This document shows positions 37,801 to 50,469 of a stretch of 64,000 nucleotides of DNA, in pieces. The DNA is from Lama glama (lineage: Eukaryota): contig CM052818.1 of NCBI GenBank assembly GCA_028534125.1, positions 20,958,001 to 21,022,000 on the forward strand, written 5' to 3'. Each line of letters opens with the position of its first letter. Positions within the stretch are counted from its first letter, which is position 1. Both the position numbers and the translations under genes were made by a program. The notes under the pieces are model-generated. The model saw only the letters and a program-made list of their open reading frames with translations. It was not told where the DNA came from and did not search any database.

Positions 37801-39061
37801 AAGGGCTCTCTCTTCTTCCCTCCCATCCTTCTCTCTTTCTCCCTCTGCATCTCTACTGTGGATGCAAAGCCCCTCCTGGCTGCACCCATCTCCGTATCCA
37901 AGGAGCAAATGTGATGATGACGTGTGGGCAATGCTCCTGCAAAGAGGCCGAAAAAATAAAACAACCTAAAGTGCTAACCAGTGTTGGTGACCACTGGGCT
38001 GAGCTTGGAGAGAGAAGAGGTCACATGCGGCTGGGCTGTCAGAAATTCCTACGAGTGGCTCTGTCCTGCTGAAGCGTGCCAGTGAGTAGCGGGCATCCTC
38101 GCCTGTTGGAGGTACCTGGCTCAGGGCCTCAGTTTACCTTGTTTCTGACAGAGAGAAGTGCATAACTGGAGTTACTGTGCTGATGGCAGGCCTGACCCCC
38201 CCCCCCACCAGCCCATGCTCACCCACCCACCCCCTCAGGCGGGGCAAAAGCACTCTTCCATCTTGACAGGCTGTCCTGGCCTCCTACTTAATTATATTGT
38301 CACACAGCTTTCAGGGATTCCAAGAAGACAGCCCTCTTTGGGGAAATTTAATTCTCCTCTCAAGCCATTGACTGGCTGCACTTAGCCCTCCCCTCACCAC
38401 ACTGGCCTTTCCCTCTAAAAGTTCAGCCCGTGCCAGACGCCTGCTTGGTGTTGAAAGAGTCTAACAGGAGGAGGGGGCGGCTGGCTCCTTCAGCAATCCT
38501 CCCTCACACCTTTCTCTCCCAGGCATTCAAGGCTCAGGCTTCATCTCCCAGGGTGGGTATCATGGCCGAAGTAGAGAAGCCACAGTCACTGAAGTTCTGG
38601 AGAAAAACCTGCGAGGTTGTGGAGGTTCAGAGAGGGGGAGGGCACAGTACGGCCGGCAGGGTGAGGCTGAAGTCTCTCCTGTATGCTGACTCAACACTCC
38701 TATCAGTTAACAATCAGGACCCCAAATTCTCATCCATATGCCCCACTACTGTTTTGAAGGTCATTTCACATGTAGTGTATTATGTGAACTGCCCTAAAGT
38801 CTAGAAGGCTGCCCCAAATCCTTCATTCAGTTGTCTTATCTAGCTATAGTCGAAGTTCTCTCATCTTCCGTCAACCCCTAGGCTTGTGAAAAGAGAAGGC
38901 TCCATACCTGCTGCCTTCGCTTCATGACCTGCAACCCTCCTCCCACGCTGACTGGAGCTGCCTTTCTTAAGGTGACAATTAGGTCTAACCCTAGGGCCCT
39001 TTCTGAGCCCTCTCTGGCTCTGGTGCATTTTTCCCTGTTCCCAGCTTCCAATTCACTTCCA

Positions 39062-39165
39062 CCTCCTGTCAGTGCACCTCAGACCGCCTCCCAGTCCACC
39101 CCAGCTCCTCCCAGTGTACCCAGCCTCCTCCCAGTGCACCTCTAGTCCACTCCCACCTCCTCCCC
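39062..39165. repeat. Imperfect 20-bp minisatellite
   Basis: 'cctcccagt(c/g)(c/t)acc' recurs at 39087, 39107 and 39127 with exact 20-bp period, with degenerate flanking units. Confidence 0.8.
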
Positions 39166-42100
39166 AGGCACCGTCACCATGTTACAAGCTGGTAACATTG
39201 TCAACCCAGAGAAATGGATTTCCAGTGGTGTCACTGCAGGCTTCAGATGCAGACAACACTCTGGGTCAACCAAAAGTGCTAGTGGTTTTCTCAATCAAAG
39301 GTGGCCCAAGGTCCCTGTAACTAGTGACACTAGGAAGTCACCCAGCAGTGAGTCTCACCCACTTCCATGTCTTTGGTCCTAGGACGCCTTGGAGGTCTAA
39401 GTGCTTTGCATTCTGGATTTCCGGTTCCCTATTTGCAGAGTAGCACACATGAAACTGAGAGCTCATACCCTCCTCCCCCTGCCTTAGTGAGTCAAAAGCT
39501 TGAAGCTGGGACCCCTCTCAGCTTGGGTCTTTGCTTCCGCTCACCTAACAAGGAAGAGGCTGGAAGCCAAGGCTCGTTTCCTCTGCAGGGCGTGGAGAGC
39601 GGGAGCATGCACAGCCGACTCTCGTTTATTTGAAATTGCTCCGTGGTGCAAGGCCCTCTAATCGATCATCCCTCTGCAAATGTCAATGGGAGAAATGTGA
39701 GTTCCGTATTTATAAAGCCAGAAAAATGGGGGCTTGTCCCCCACCTCCCAGGTGTGTATTTATACACTGATGAATGACCCCAAAGTGGGTTTGTTATAGA
39801 AAACGTTCGTGCCAAAGGCAGGAACATTGCATCTGGAAACGCAGTCTGGCAATTAGGCCTCTGAGCCCGGAGGCCAGCCCTCAGGCTCTGCATTTGTTTC
39901 CTGGCTGTGACTATCACATCCTTAACGCTGGGGTGAACTCCAGAATTTTGGAATTTGGATCCTCATGGTTTCTACAGGACTGTCCCGTGAGGTTGCTTTT
40001 TGTTCTGTTTCAGTTTTGTTTGTCTGTTTTTGGCGCTGGGAGTGGAGCTTTAAAAATCTTGGAATCCAGTGAAATTCAGTGCAGGAGAACGAAACTCTAA
40101 CCCCAGTCCTGTCCTGAGAGGACAGCCCTGAGGAATAAAGAGTTAAGTATCCTTTGAAGTAGTAGATGGGAAGTTCCTTGCGGATTTGGGGTGCCCTGAT
40201 TGGATGGGCATTTCCCAGGAGCCTGCCCACCCCAGCTCCACCTTGGGAACAGCTTGTCTGTACCAAGACGTGACCCCTGACCCCAACTCCGGTCTCTTCT
40301 CTCTCCTCAGAACCAGCCTCTCCTTTCCAGCCCTCTAAACAATGGCGTCCTTTGTTTTAAGAAGGAGGGTGAACTAGGAATCACACTTCCAACCTCACAT
40401 TACAAAGGACAGAAGTGAAAAATTAGGACTGGCGAAGTCAAAAATGGTGCATTCTGCTTGGACTTCCACAGATCTTTCTCCCAGGTAAGGTCTGAGCTGA
40501 GTAATGTCTTGGCCAATCTGAGCCTTGTGTTTTATGTGCTTCGGGAGGGAAAAAAAGGGCTGCTGTGAAAGGGTTAACAATTCAAGAGCCCCAAGCGACA
40601 GGCATGTCCAGTTTCAGTCGGGAAGAAAGACAAGTGTTTGGTTAGTAACTGGATATGGTTTGAGCTGGATTTTGGCCTCCGGTCCCTCTGCAGGTTAAGA
40701 ATTGGGGATGGCCCAGTTCTTGTGGTTATTTGGAGGTGGAATCAAGACAGGCGGCTCCGGAAGGCAGGGCTTGGGAGGTGCTACCCACCCCTCCTTTACA
40801 CAGAAGGAAACAAAGCCCAGGGAGCGCTGGGGACTTGACCCAGGTCATCCTTGTTAGTGGTGCAGCAAAGACAAGAGTGGGAAAGTCTTGCTTCTGGTCC
40901 CAGTGTCCTTTCTGGAAAGCCCTGGATTCAGGCAGACACAGATTCAGTGCCGTTTCAGCCTCTTTGCTGTTACCTCCTGTACATCTTTTTTCTTCTCCAT
41001 CCAGATCCCTCATCTGTGAAATGGGGTTCAAAATAGCTGTTTGGATGGTTTTTTTGTGTATTAAATGAGATGGTCCATGTAAAGACCGGAGGCTAATGTG
41101 GTCAAAAAATATTTATTCTTGGGCTACCAGGCATTCTCCCAGGCTTGGGACCATTCACGCAGACAGAATAGCCTCTTCCGAATCAGTAAGGAAGCAAATA
41201 AAGCCTCTGAAAACCAGATTTCCTCCTTGAAGTTCTGCACACTCCCAGCCCCTTAGTGAAGGAACCCCACATCAACGGGAAAGGCAAATGGGTTGGGGAG
41301 AATAAAAAGAGGCTTTTCTGAGCTGAGAGGGACTTGCCCCAAGAAGCAGCACTGAGTTAACGATGCCCAAAGCAGACCTGTGAAGTCAGAGAGGCCTGGA
41401 GATTAGAAGGCCAGGAGGAAATAATGCTTTTCTTGTCTCAGCTGCGGGGGCAGAAGGGGAGCAACAGCTGGCGGGCATATGCAGCCTGTTAGGGGCACGC
41501 TCCCATCAGACAGAAGGAAATCCTGCCCGGCGCTGGCAGGGCTGCAGCAGCCGCTGGGGAGCAGACGGTTTGGGGGTCTCGGGGAATCAGAGCTGTTGCT
41601 GCCAAGGCTCCCAGCTCTGTGTCCCCCCTCGGCTGCCTGAACAGGGGCCTCCCTCCCCAGCCACTGGCCCCTAAAGCCCTTCCCCTACCCAGGAGGTGTC
41701 GGATCCAGTGATGCTATCGACAGAAAGTCCGAGGAAGCCTGGGGTTTATTTTGTATCCACTTCAAAACGCCTGTGCATCTCTCCTCCTCCTCTGGCTGTG
41801 CCCGGATGGGCGACTTTGGCCCACTCTGTTGCCTGGAATCCTCCTCCTCAGCCAGGCCAGGCAGCGAGCAGCCTTCTTCCTCCTCCACCTTTTCCTTGGT
41901 TTTCCTTTACTGGCCAAGGGATCAGACTCCTGAGAAAGGGGCCAGGGCTGCCTGCCATCCCCTCTTGGACCTTCAGCCTCTGAGCCGTTGGGCCATGTGA
42001 CAAGATGCCCGACATTAGCGTCTGCTAATTAATTGGAAAACCCAGCTCCCTGTTGGCCCGTAGCTTTTACAAACCTGAATTAAACGAAGTGTTTATGTGA

Positions 42101-43376
42101 CAGATATGTGGGAGGGATTTCAGATATAATCACCATCAATCTGGCTGCAGCCAAAATAAATTCTGTGAAAAGTAAAACAAACTATTGCACAGACAAAGTA
42201 GGCCTTAGGGGTCTCCAGCAATAATCTGTGTTTTCTTATTTAGCTGCGTCTAATATTTCTGCTCTTTTCGGCATAGATAGGATCTCGGCACACAGGGCAC
42301 TCTTGCTGCAGCTGACGGGGGCGGACACACACTCTCTCCCGCTGAGTGGAGGGAGAGGGGAAGGGATGTTGCATATTTACATTTAAATTCTTAGTTCAAA
42401 TAAACCAGCTCTTGGCTGGGCACAGGGCAGGCTAGGGGATGGAAAATGGGGTGGAGGGCATGCTCCAGGCTATGCTCCTCCAACCTGCCTGGGTTAGGGC
42501 CGTGGTAGAAAAACCAGAGGCCGCTGGTCCTTCCAGGGAGGGGCTGGGCTGGTACGCAGGCTGTCTGAGCACACTCTCCTTCAGTTATTTCAGCACTCCT
42601 GTGAGGGAAGAGAGTGAGGAAACTGAAGCTCTGACACAGTAACCGCTTGCCCAGCTCTAGGAGATGTTGACATTGACCCTGACTCTGAAAGCCCCTGCAG
42701 TCTCTCTCCACAATGCCTTGGCAAGCGAAGAACTGCTCCTCTTTGAGAAGCAACCTTCTGCACGTGGGTCAGCCCTGCCAGCCACCCTGCTCAGCATCCC
42801 TCCCTCTCTCACAGCCCCTCCCCAGCTCAGTTCCCAGGGCAGGCCTGGGGTGAGGTAGGAGACATTGAGGTCTCCAAACTAACAACAGCCCGTCCTGCCT
42901 GAGCACCGCATGAGCCTCCTTCCTGAGCTCCAGCTCCACTCTCTCCTGGTTCCTGCCCAGGTGACCAGATTTGGGACCCAGCAGCCCCTCAACAGCAAAG
43001 GCTCTAACTTACGCTGCATAGATGCCTGGGTGCTTGAAGCCAGCTCTCCAGCTCGCCTGACTTGACATACTTGCTGAGACTCCACGATGTTGGAGATACT
43101 TCCGCCCTCAGCACGCCCCCATCTGCTCAGTGCTGGTCTGGGCCCGGGTCTAGAATCTTGTCCACTGAACTCAGTGCCTGCCCACCTGCTTTGAATCCCT
43201 GTCCTGGCTTCAGTGCTGCAGCATTGGTGGATCTGGTGTCTCATTCTGTCCCTTCCTCAATGTCTAGGTTTGCTCCATGTAGCCCTGTTGGTGCTATCCC
43301 TTACTGATTGATTCTGAGATGTGAGAGCCCCACTGAAAATCTACTATGAGGAGTGTGCTTTCCTGTTTTTTTCCAG

Positions 43377-43565
43377 CTGCCCTTCTGTTCCTTTTTGCAA
43401 GAACCCCCATTTAGAGTCAGAAGGCCCACACCCAGTGGGAGAAGATTCTAGATCAGTGATTCAGGCCACAGTTGCTCCTTCTCTCTCCCTCAAAAAAGTA
43501 ATAGGACAGATTCTCTGCTCCCTGACCACCCAGAAGTACCAAAAAAAGAGTCAGTTATACCACAG
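43377..43565 (+). other. Candidate 189-nt exon
   Basis: Pyrimidine-rich acceptor ending ttccag at 43376 and donor CAG|gtaagc; length divisible by 3; one stop-free frame; no recognised protein. Confidence 0.25.
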
Positions 43566-43644
43566 GTAAGCTTATATGCACTTGGATAGACCAGAAAGAA
43601 AACCTCTCTATGAAATAAAAATGTGTTTGTAACTTTGCAAATCC

Positions 43645-44190
43645 ATTCGTTCAGTAATATTTACTGAGTCTACTGTGTGCCAGACACTGTTCTGCAGCCT
43701 TGCAATACACATTAGTGAATTAAATATCCTTGCCCTCCTGAAGTTTATATTCTAGTAGTTGTAATGATAAGTGATAAATAACAATCATAAGTAACAAGAA
43801 ATGTATACAGTATGATAGAAGGCAAAAAATGCCAATTAATGAAATAGAGTGAGGTAAGAGTGATTGGAAGCCCTGGAGCAGGGGGAGGGTTACATGTTCG
43901 AATAGGGTTGTTTTGGGCAAGCTTTATAGAGAAGGTGATGTTTGAACATAGACTTGAGGGAGTCAAGGAAGTTAACCATGAGGGTATCTGGGGAAGGGTG
44001 TTCTAAGCCGAAGGAACAGCCATTGCAAAGGTCCTGAGGCAGCACTTTGTCTGGCATGTGTAAAGACCAGCAAGTAGGCCAGAGTGGCCAGAGGGGAGTT
44101 ACCAATGCAGGAATTGAAGAAGATGAGAAAGATAACAGGGGCCAGATCATGTAGGACCCTGCAGGACTTTGACTTTTTTTGTCCCTACTC
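43645..44190 (-). mobile_element. L2 LINE 3' region
   Basis: 'cattcgttcagtaatatttactgagtctactgtgtgccagacactgttct...gagaaggtgatgtttgaac...tgcaaaggtcctgaggca...ggggccagatcatgtagg'. Confidence 0.85.
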
Positions 44191-45712
44191 AAGTAAATCA
44201 TAAAGGCCTGTCTCTCTCATTAGTCAAACTAGAGTTCAAGAAATTTAACAAATATTTCTTGAATATGTTTACCAAGTCCTGAGGCATACACTGATGACTA
44301 AGGGGGTCGCTGCCTTTAAGAAGTTCAAGGTTGAATCCCAGTGGCTGCAGCAGCTTGGTGTGGAGGAAAGCACCTTGGACGAGGCAGTTAGGAGACCTGG
44401 GTTCTCATCCTGCCTTTCCATTTAACCTTAGCCGTTTGTCAAACCTCAGCCTCCTGTCACTGGTGATAATGACCTACGCCCTGGTCACCTCCTAGTTGCT
44501 ATGGTGATCAAATGAATGAAGGAATGTAAAGACTCTGAAAACTGAAGAGCCCTGCATAAACAGAGAGGGCATTAGGGAATCAAGTTAACATGGCCATTGC
44601 CCTGTGTCCCTTTCCTTGGGCCCAGGAGACTCAGTCTGTGTGGTAGTCTTTGCCATGCCCACTGCTCTCTCCCTGATCTCACTGGCACTCACTTCACCTG
44701 GTGGGAACCACCACTGCCATTCATTCAAGCTGACGCAAATCTCCAGCATGAAAAATACATCCTGGGCTATCTGCTTTGCAAAGGAAATTTACCCCTTCCT
44801 TCTCTATTTCATGCTTCCCTGATCAGATAAAGCTGCATTCGGTGCTAACTTTTAAGTCAAGTATGCATGGCCCCAACCAACTATAACAAAAACAGGCCCA
44901 CAGGTTGCTGAACACGGTGAGTTTTTAAAATGCATTCAGACAGTGTGAGGATATTAATAGGGAGACACGTATCTCATTTCAGGCTACAAAGCAGATCCCA
45001 CAGTGGGACACTGGAAATGCTGGGCGCTTCAAGGTTAGCTTAAACTGAAGAGAGGAATTTGGCTGGAGTACAGACATGCCTGAGGCCATGTCCCAGACGC
45101 TGCACTTCAGCTCTAATGGCACAGTCTGTCAACTCAGCTCTGTTTTCAGTGGAACTGGACACTCAGTGATGGCCAAAAACAGCAGTTGACTAAAATAATG
45201 AAGCTCCATGTAGACAGTGATGGAGGCAGAGAAAGATAAGTCTGGACGGGCCCTTTGGAAATCGTCTTGAACGCTCTTCCTTTACTTCACAGGTGAGGAC
45301 ATTAGGACCTGCAGGTCACATTGTGACTGTGATAATGACAAGGCTCCAATGTCGTTTTCACTGTGGGTACACTTGCCTCCTCTGGAGTGTCAGCATTCTA
45401 AATGTTGTTAGCTATCCCTTTGTGTGTGACAGTGGCCCTGGGGACCCAGATCTAGCTGAATGGACATTTGGAGGTTTTGTGGTCCAGTGATGGGGGTGGA
45501 CTATGTTGGTTACAACAAAAAAGGCCCCTGAATAAGGAATCCAAAGACCTGCCCAGAGGCCTGGCTCTGAACCTATTTACTGGGTCATACATCTCTTTGA
45601 CTGTTTTCTCAACTGCAAAACATGAGTGTGGCTAAGAGAATGTGCATTGACTCTGAAAACTGAAACTATGCACGCGGATTTTTATGACTATTATTTTCCA
45701 TCTCTCTTTCAG

Positions 45713-45754
45713 ATTCCAACATGCCATTTGCGAAGATGTGGTTCTGAATAAAGG
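45713..45754 (+). other. Candidate 42-nt internal exon of an unidentified + strand transcript
   Basis: Branch-like 'tatgac' ~25 nt upstream, polypyrimidine tract 'ttattttccatctctctttcag|', donor 'AGG|gtaagt'; single open frame (x)FQHAICEDVVLNK(G). Confidence 0.5.
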
Positions 45755-46027
45755 GTAAGTCTCTGAACAGGGGATATGGGGAAGCTGACTGTCCCCAGAT
45801 GGTCATAGTACACAGAGCTCATCACCATCACAGGCCACCCCCCCCCCCCACCTCCTTATCACATTCCAGCTCCACAGCCTCACCAGCTTTTTCATCATTC
45901 CTCAAGGTTATCTTCAGGTTTGCCAGCGTGTCTTCTTCACCTGGAGAACTCCCCCTCTCCTTTAAAATGGTAGCATCCCTAGGACCACTCTTAATTCCCC
46001 AGGCAAATTAGTTGCTCTCTTCTCTGT

Positions 46028-46270
46028 GTGGTGGTGAAAGAAACAAACTCTAGAGCCAGACCATGTGGGTTTAAGTTCCAGCTCTGCAAGCCCCTTGGTG
46101 GATACATTATTTAGTCTCTCTGTGTCCCAGCTTCCTCATTTATAAAATGGGGTTAATAAGAAAATCGAGAATATAGGGTTATTCTGAGGAGTAAATGGAT
46201 TAGTGTAAGTTAAAGCATTTATAACAAGGCCTGGTTCATGGCAAGTGCTACATATTTTCTGTTGTTGTTG
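46028..46270 (+). mobile_element. MIR SINE, near full length
   Basis: 'actctagagccagac...gggtttaagttccagctctgc...ctctctgtgtcccagcttcctcatttataaaatgggg...atagggttattctgagga'. Confidence 0.85.
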
Positions 46271-47394
46271 TTATTATTAGAATACTTAATATATTGTGTG
46301 CAACATAATGAATTATATGTCTCCCTCCCCTCTCTGACTGTTAGAGCTAGAAGGGAGTCCTATTTTTCTGTTTTCTCAATGTTTAACACCCTGTCAAGAA
46401 CATATTATGTGCTCAATGAACACCTGTTAAGCAAATGATTAGACATAGTCTGTGTGGTTCTGTTCATAACATCATTCAAGTATTTTTTTCCAGTAAACTT
46501 CATGGGACAAGCAGTCTGTCAACTGTATCTTCTTATGGTCTTATGAATTGTCTTGTGGTTTTAAAAATATCCCAAGTCTCATTTTTGTTTTAATAACAAA
46601 AGAAAGTTGTCTTGGAATTTTAATGAGTAGAACTACAATGTGGAAGCAAGTGAAACTCAACTGGTAATAAATCTTTCACTTGGAGTTGTGGTCCCAAGCC
46701 ACACTGTTCTTGACATGGTTTCAAGAACGGAGCCCAGGGTTGGGTTCTATTTGAAGAAGAACTAAAATAAAAGAAGATATCCCCAACGTCTTTGGGGTCC
46801 TATGATGTGGAGGGGTATAAAGGACTTGAACAAGTGAAATCCCCCAAAAAGTGACAGATAAGAAGGATATGCGGCATAAGGGGGAGGTCAGAGGGGGTTA
46901 GGGTTGTAATTTCCTGGAAGAAGTAGATTTTAAGCCACTGGCTCTACTTCCTGCTCTTTATCTTGTTGCTAAGTGAAATATCCTGAAACTGACATCCAAG
47001 AGACTGTCTATCTTCCAGTTTGGGTTTAACTGTCTTCCTATTGTGGTCTTGATTTCCTACATCCAGTTGTATTCTTAAATACAACAAAACGCAGTCTTTC
47101 CAAGGGACTGTCAGGTTAAAATTCAACCACATTTTCTTTTTCTGATAGTTACTGTTGAGGATAATAATCTGATAAATGACCATATTTGACAATATTTAGA
47201 TATTAGCCAAGGCAGTGATATAAATATATGTGTTTATGAATATAATATGCATGCACTTGTGGTTATATTACTATTTAAACAATTTAAATTATGGATAGAT
47301 ACTCAGGAATATCAACACTCTCTCTTCACCTCCTCTGTAATATGATTTGCAGGCCAGTAGACACACAACAGGATCCATCCATTGAGCTGAGTAA

Positions 47395-47904
47395 TATGGT
47401 AAATTGTCTGCAAAGATGCCACCAATAATTCCTCCCCTCCCTGGATGCACATGTTGTGTCTTCCATCAAAAGGCTGAGTCTATTTCTCCTCCCCTTGAAC
47501 CTGATCTGGCCTTGTGACTTGCTCTGGCCAAGAGAATTCTGCAGAAACAATGCTGTGCCAGTTCTGAGCTTTGTAAAAGGATCTTAAGAGGCCCAGTAGC
47601 TTCCACTTTCACTCTCTAAGTGCCTTGAGCCACTATGTAAGGACTTTGATTACCCTGCCAGAGAAGGGGACCCAGCCGACCTCCCACCATTCCAGCCTCC
47701 CCAGCCAAGGTGCTAGACATAGGAATGTGAAGCCATTTTGGATCCTGCAGCCCCATTCAAATCCTCCCCCTTAACACTACTTGGAAAGGTGATAAGCTGT
47801 CTCCCGAAAACCCTGTCCAAATCATAGTATCATGAGCACGTGGTTGTTCTTTTGAACCACTTTGATTTCAAATGTTTTGTTACACAGCAATACATACCTG
47901 AAAC
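47395..47904 (+). mobile_element. MLT1-family MaLR LTR
   Basis: 'ttgtctgcaaagatgccacca...ctcctccccttgaacctg..ctggccttgtgacttgctctggccaa...ttgttacacagcaatacatacctgaaaca'. Confidence 0.85.
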
Positions 47905-49418
47905 AAGGGGTAGCACTGGTCTACATTCCATGCCCTGTGTGTCTCTTCTTTAGAGTAGGACAGGCTGGGAAAAATCTCAAGTGCTCCTCTCTCCCCATTG
48001 GTCACGACAGACACTGCTGGTTGATACAGCTCTTTTCCATTCAGCCCACATACTGCCTTAAACCTCACCCTGGAGCTCTAGACAACAACCACTAAGCCAT
48101 TGATAAAGGGCTCTGAACTGAAATGATCTGCATTAGTCATTATGTTTCCAGGTTCTCTGTCAATGAAAGGAAGAGTGGTGAACCCTTGAAAGCCATTAGC
48201 ACCTCCTTAGAATCATGGAATGTTAAAGATGAGAGAACTTTGTTGATCATCTAACCTGGTAGTGCTGAATGCTGACTGCAGCTTACCTGGGCTGCTTTAA
48301 AATTTTAACTGATATCTGAGCCTCACCTCCCAGGTTCAGATTCAGTGGGGCCTCAGGATTTTCCAATATATGTATTCCTTAGAAGTGAAAAATTTGACTT
48401 TGCAAATTGAGGTCTGAAAGGGTGGATCACAGTGGGCTGAGTCCTGTTGAGAAATTATCTTAAAGGTCTAGGGATATCAGGGGCAGATGGTCCAAGTACT
48501 GAGAGCATTGGAAAAAGGACAGTTTCCTAAGAGGAAAACAAGGGCTCATGTGAGGGAAAGGAGGGAGGGGTAGGCACTCAGGAGAGCCAGCTCCCCGGTC
48601 AAAAGATGGACACCTTTTCTTTCTGTCGGGGAAAGCTGTCAAGTAATCTGTGAGGACAGGTTTTGATATATAGCTCCAGATGTGAGTAGAAGGTTCGATC
48701 CTTGTTCTGAGGCTTTTCCTGTGGAGAATTTCTTAAATCTCAGACCTGATGGTTAAGAAGAAAGGAGACAAAGTATGAAGCACATGAGAGATGTGTTTGA
48801 CACAATAGGGTCGGAAAAGTTCAAGGCGCCTTCTCTCTCGGTAACTTCAGCAGGAATGCTAAGATACAACAAGGGGGCTGGAGACCTCATGACAGTAAAA
48901 TTTTAAGGCTTCATTCATTTTTTGGTAAAATATGACTTGCTGTCAGATATATGAGTTGGTAGCTTTGATGCAAATATATATCGACTCTCTTCTGAAATCT
49001 GAAGAGATTTTTCTGCATATAAATAAAACCACGAGAGTGATAAAATTGCTTTTGATCACCTCACATGAAAGGTGTTAGGAATTTTCAGCCTGTTACCATA
49101 ATTAAAGTGCTGTGGGGAAAAAAAAAATCTTACTTTGAATATCTCTCCTCTGGCCCCTTCTTAAGGGGCACTTTTGGAGAAACCCTCACCCACTTCAGTG
49201 TTGTTTTGACCCTAACTTTGCAGTTTAGAGAGAAGTTACAGCTTTTAGTGACAGCAGAAGAATTGCCTTGCAGTTGAAAACACTACATTGAAATTTGCAA
49301 AAATGAACCAAGTTTCTCCTCGTAGACTCAGTCATAACAGTTGCCTTCTAAAGAGCCCACTTTTGTCAGTAAAGGAGTACCCTGGAGATCTTCCTTTCTT
49401 TTTCTGGGTCTGCTTCTT

Positions 49419-49593
49419 CTTTTTCTTCTTCTTCTTCTTTTTTTTCTTTTTAACTTTTTAAACATTTTAATTTGGCAGGGGGAGGCAATTAGGTTAACTT
49501 ACTTGTTTGTTTTTAGGAGAGGTACTGGGGATTGAACCCAGGATTTTGTGCATGCTAAGCATGCACTCTACCACTTGAGCTATACCCTCCCCC
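49419..49593 (-). mobile_element. tRNA-derived SINE (camelid Vic-1-like)
   Basis: 'ggtactggggattgaacccagg...gcatgctaagcatgcactctaccacttgagctataccctcccc'; 13/15 flanking repeat ctgggtctgcttctt (49404-49418) / ctgtgtctgtttctt (49593-49607). Confidence 0.9.
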
Positions 49594-49677
49594 TGTGTCT
49601 GTTTCTTAATCTCCTGTCTGTTGGGTCATGGTAAGGCATAATCTTTGCCTGACCTGTTCTTTCTACAGGTCTTTTTA

Positions 49678-49843
49678 TTTTTATTTTTTATTTTTTTAAC
49701 ATTTTTTATTGATTTATAATCATTTTACAATGTTGTGTCAAATTCCAGTGTAGAGCACAAGTTTTCAGTCATACATGAACATATATATATTCATTGTCAC
49801 ATTTTTCCCTGTGAGCTACCACAAGATCTTGTATATATTTCCC
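49678..49843 (-). mobile_element. Young 166-bp L1 3' end with perfect TSD
   Basis: 17-bp TSD ttctacaggtcttttta at 49661-49677 and 49844-49860; body closely similar to 58574-58740. Confidence 0.9.
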
Positions 49844-50469
49844 TTCTACAGGTCTTTTTAAAATTACATATTATATTTACTTTACATACTAATCACAGTT
49901 TTTGTTTCACAGTCATGGGTTCAAGATGGGAGAGGAATCATTACTCAAGTGCATACCCCCATCTGCTCACACTCAGAATGTCACAATGGCTGCCTCGCTG
50001 GTCATCCTGGCTCCATCCCACCTGCTCCAGTCCATCCCTTGCTCTCTCAATGTTTAATAGTGAGAAGCTTGACTTGGCATATGCCACTACTCCATTCAGA
50101 ATATTTAAGGGATTCCATTTGCTTACAGAATAAAGTTCAAACCCTTTCAAGGTCCTCTATAATCTGGTCCAATATTATCTCTGGCACTCACCTTACCTGA
50201 TGCCTTGGATCCAGCCTTGCTGCTTTACTTGCTTCTGTTCCCATTTCTGGCACATTGACTTCCATCCTGCCAGAAATGTCTTCCTCCCTCTGGTACAGCT
50301 CCTGCAAGGTCCAGCTCGCTTCCCCTCCACTGGGGAGCTTTCCCCAGTTACTCCTTCCAACTCCCTTGAACTTGAGTGGGGATTATTTGATACTGAGCAT
50401 ACCCTGACTTACATTTTTATATCTTTGTTTATGTGTGTGCTGTATTTTCTTTTCTAGATGGTAGGATTT

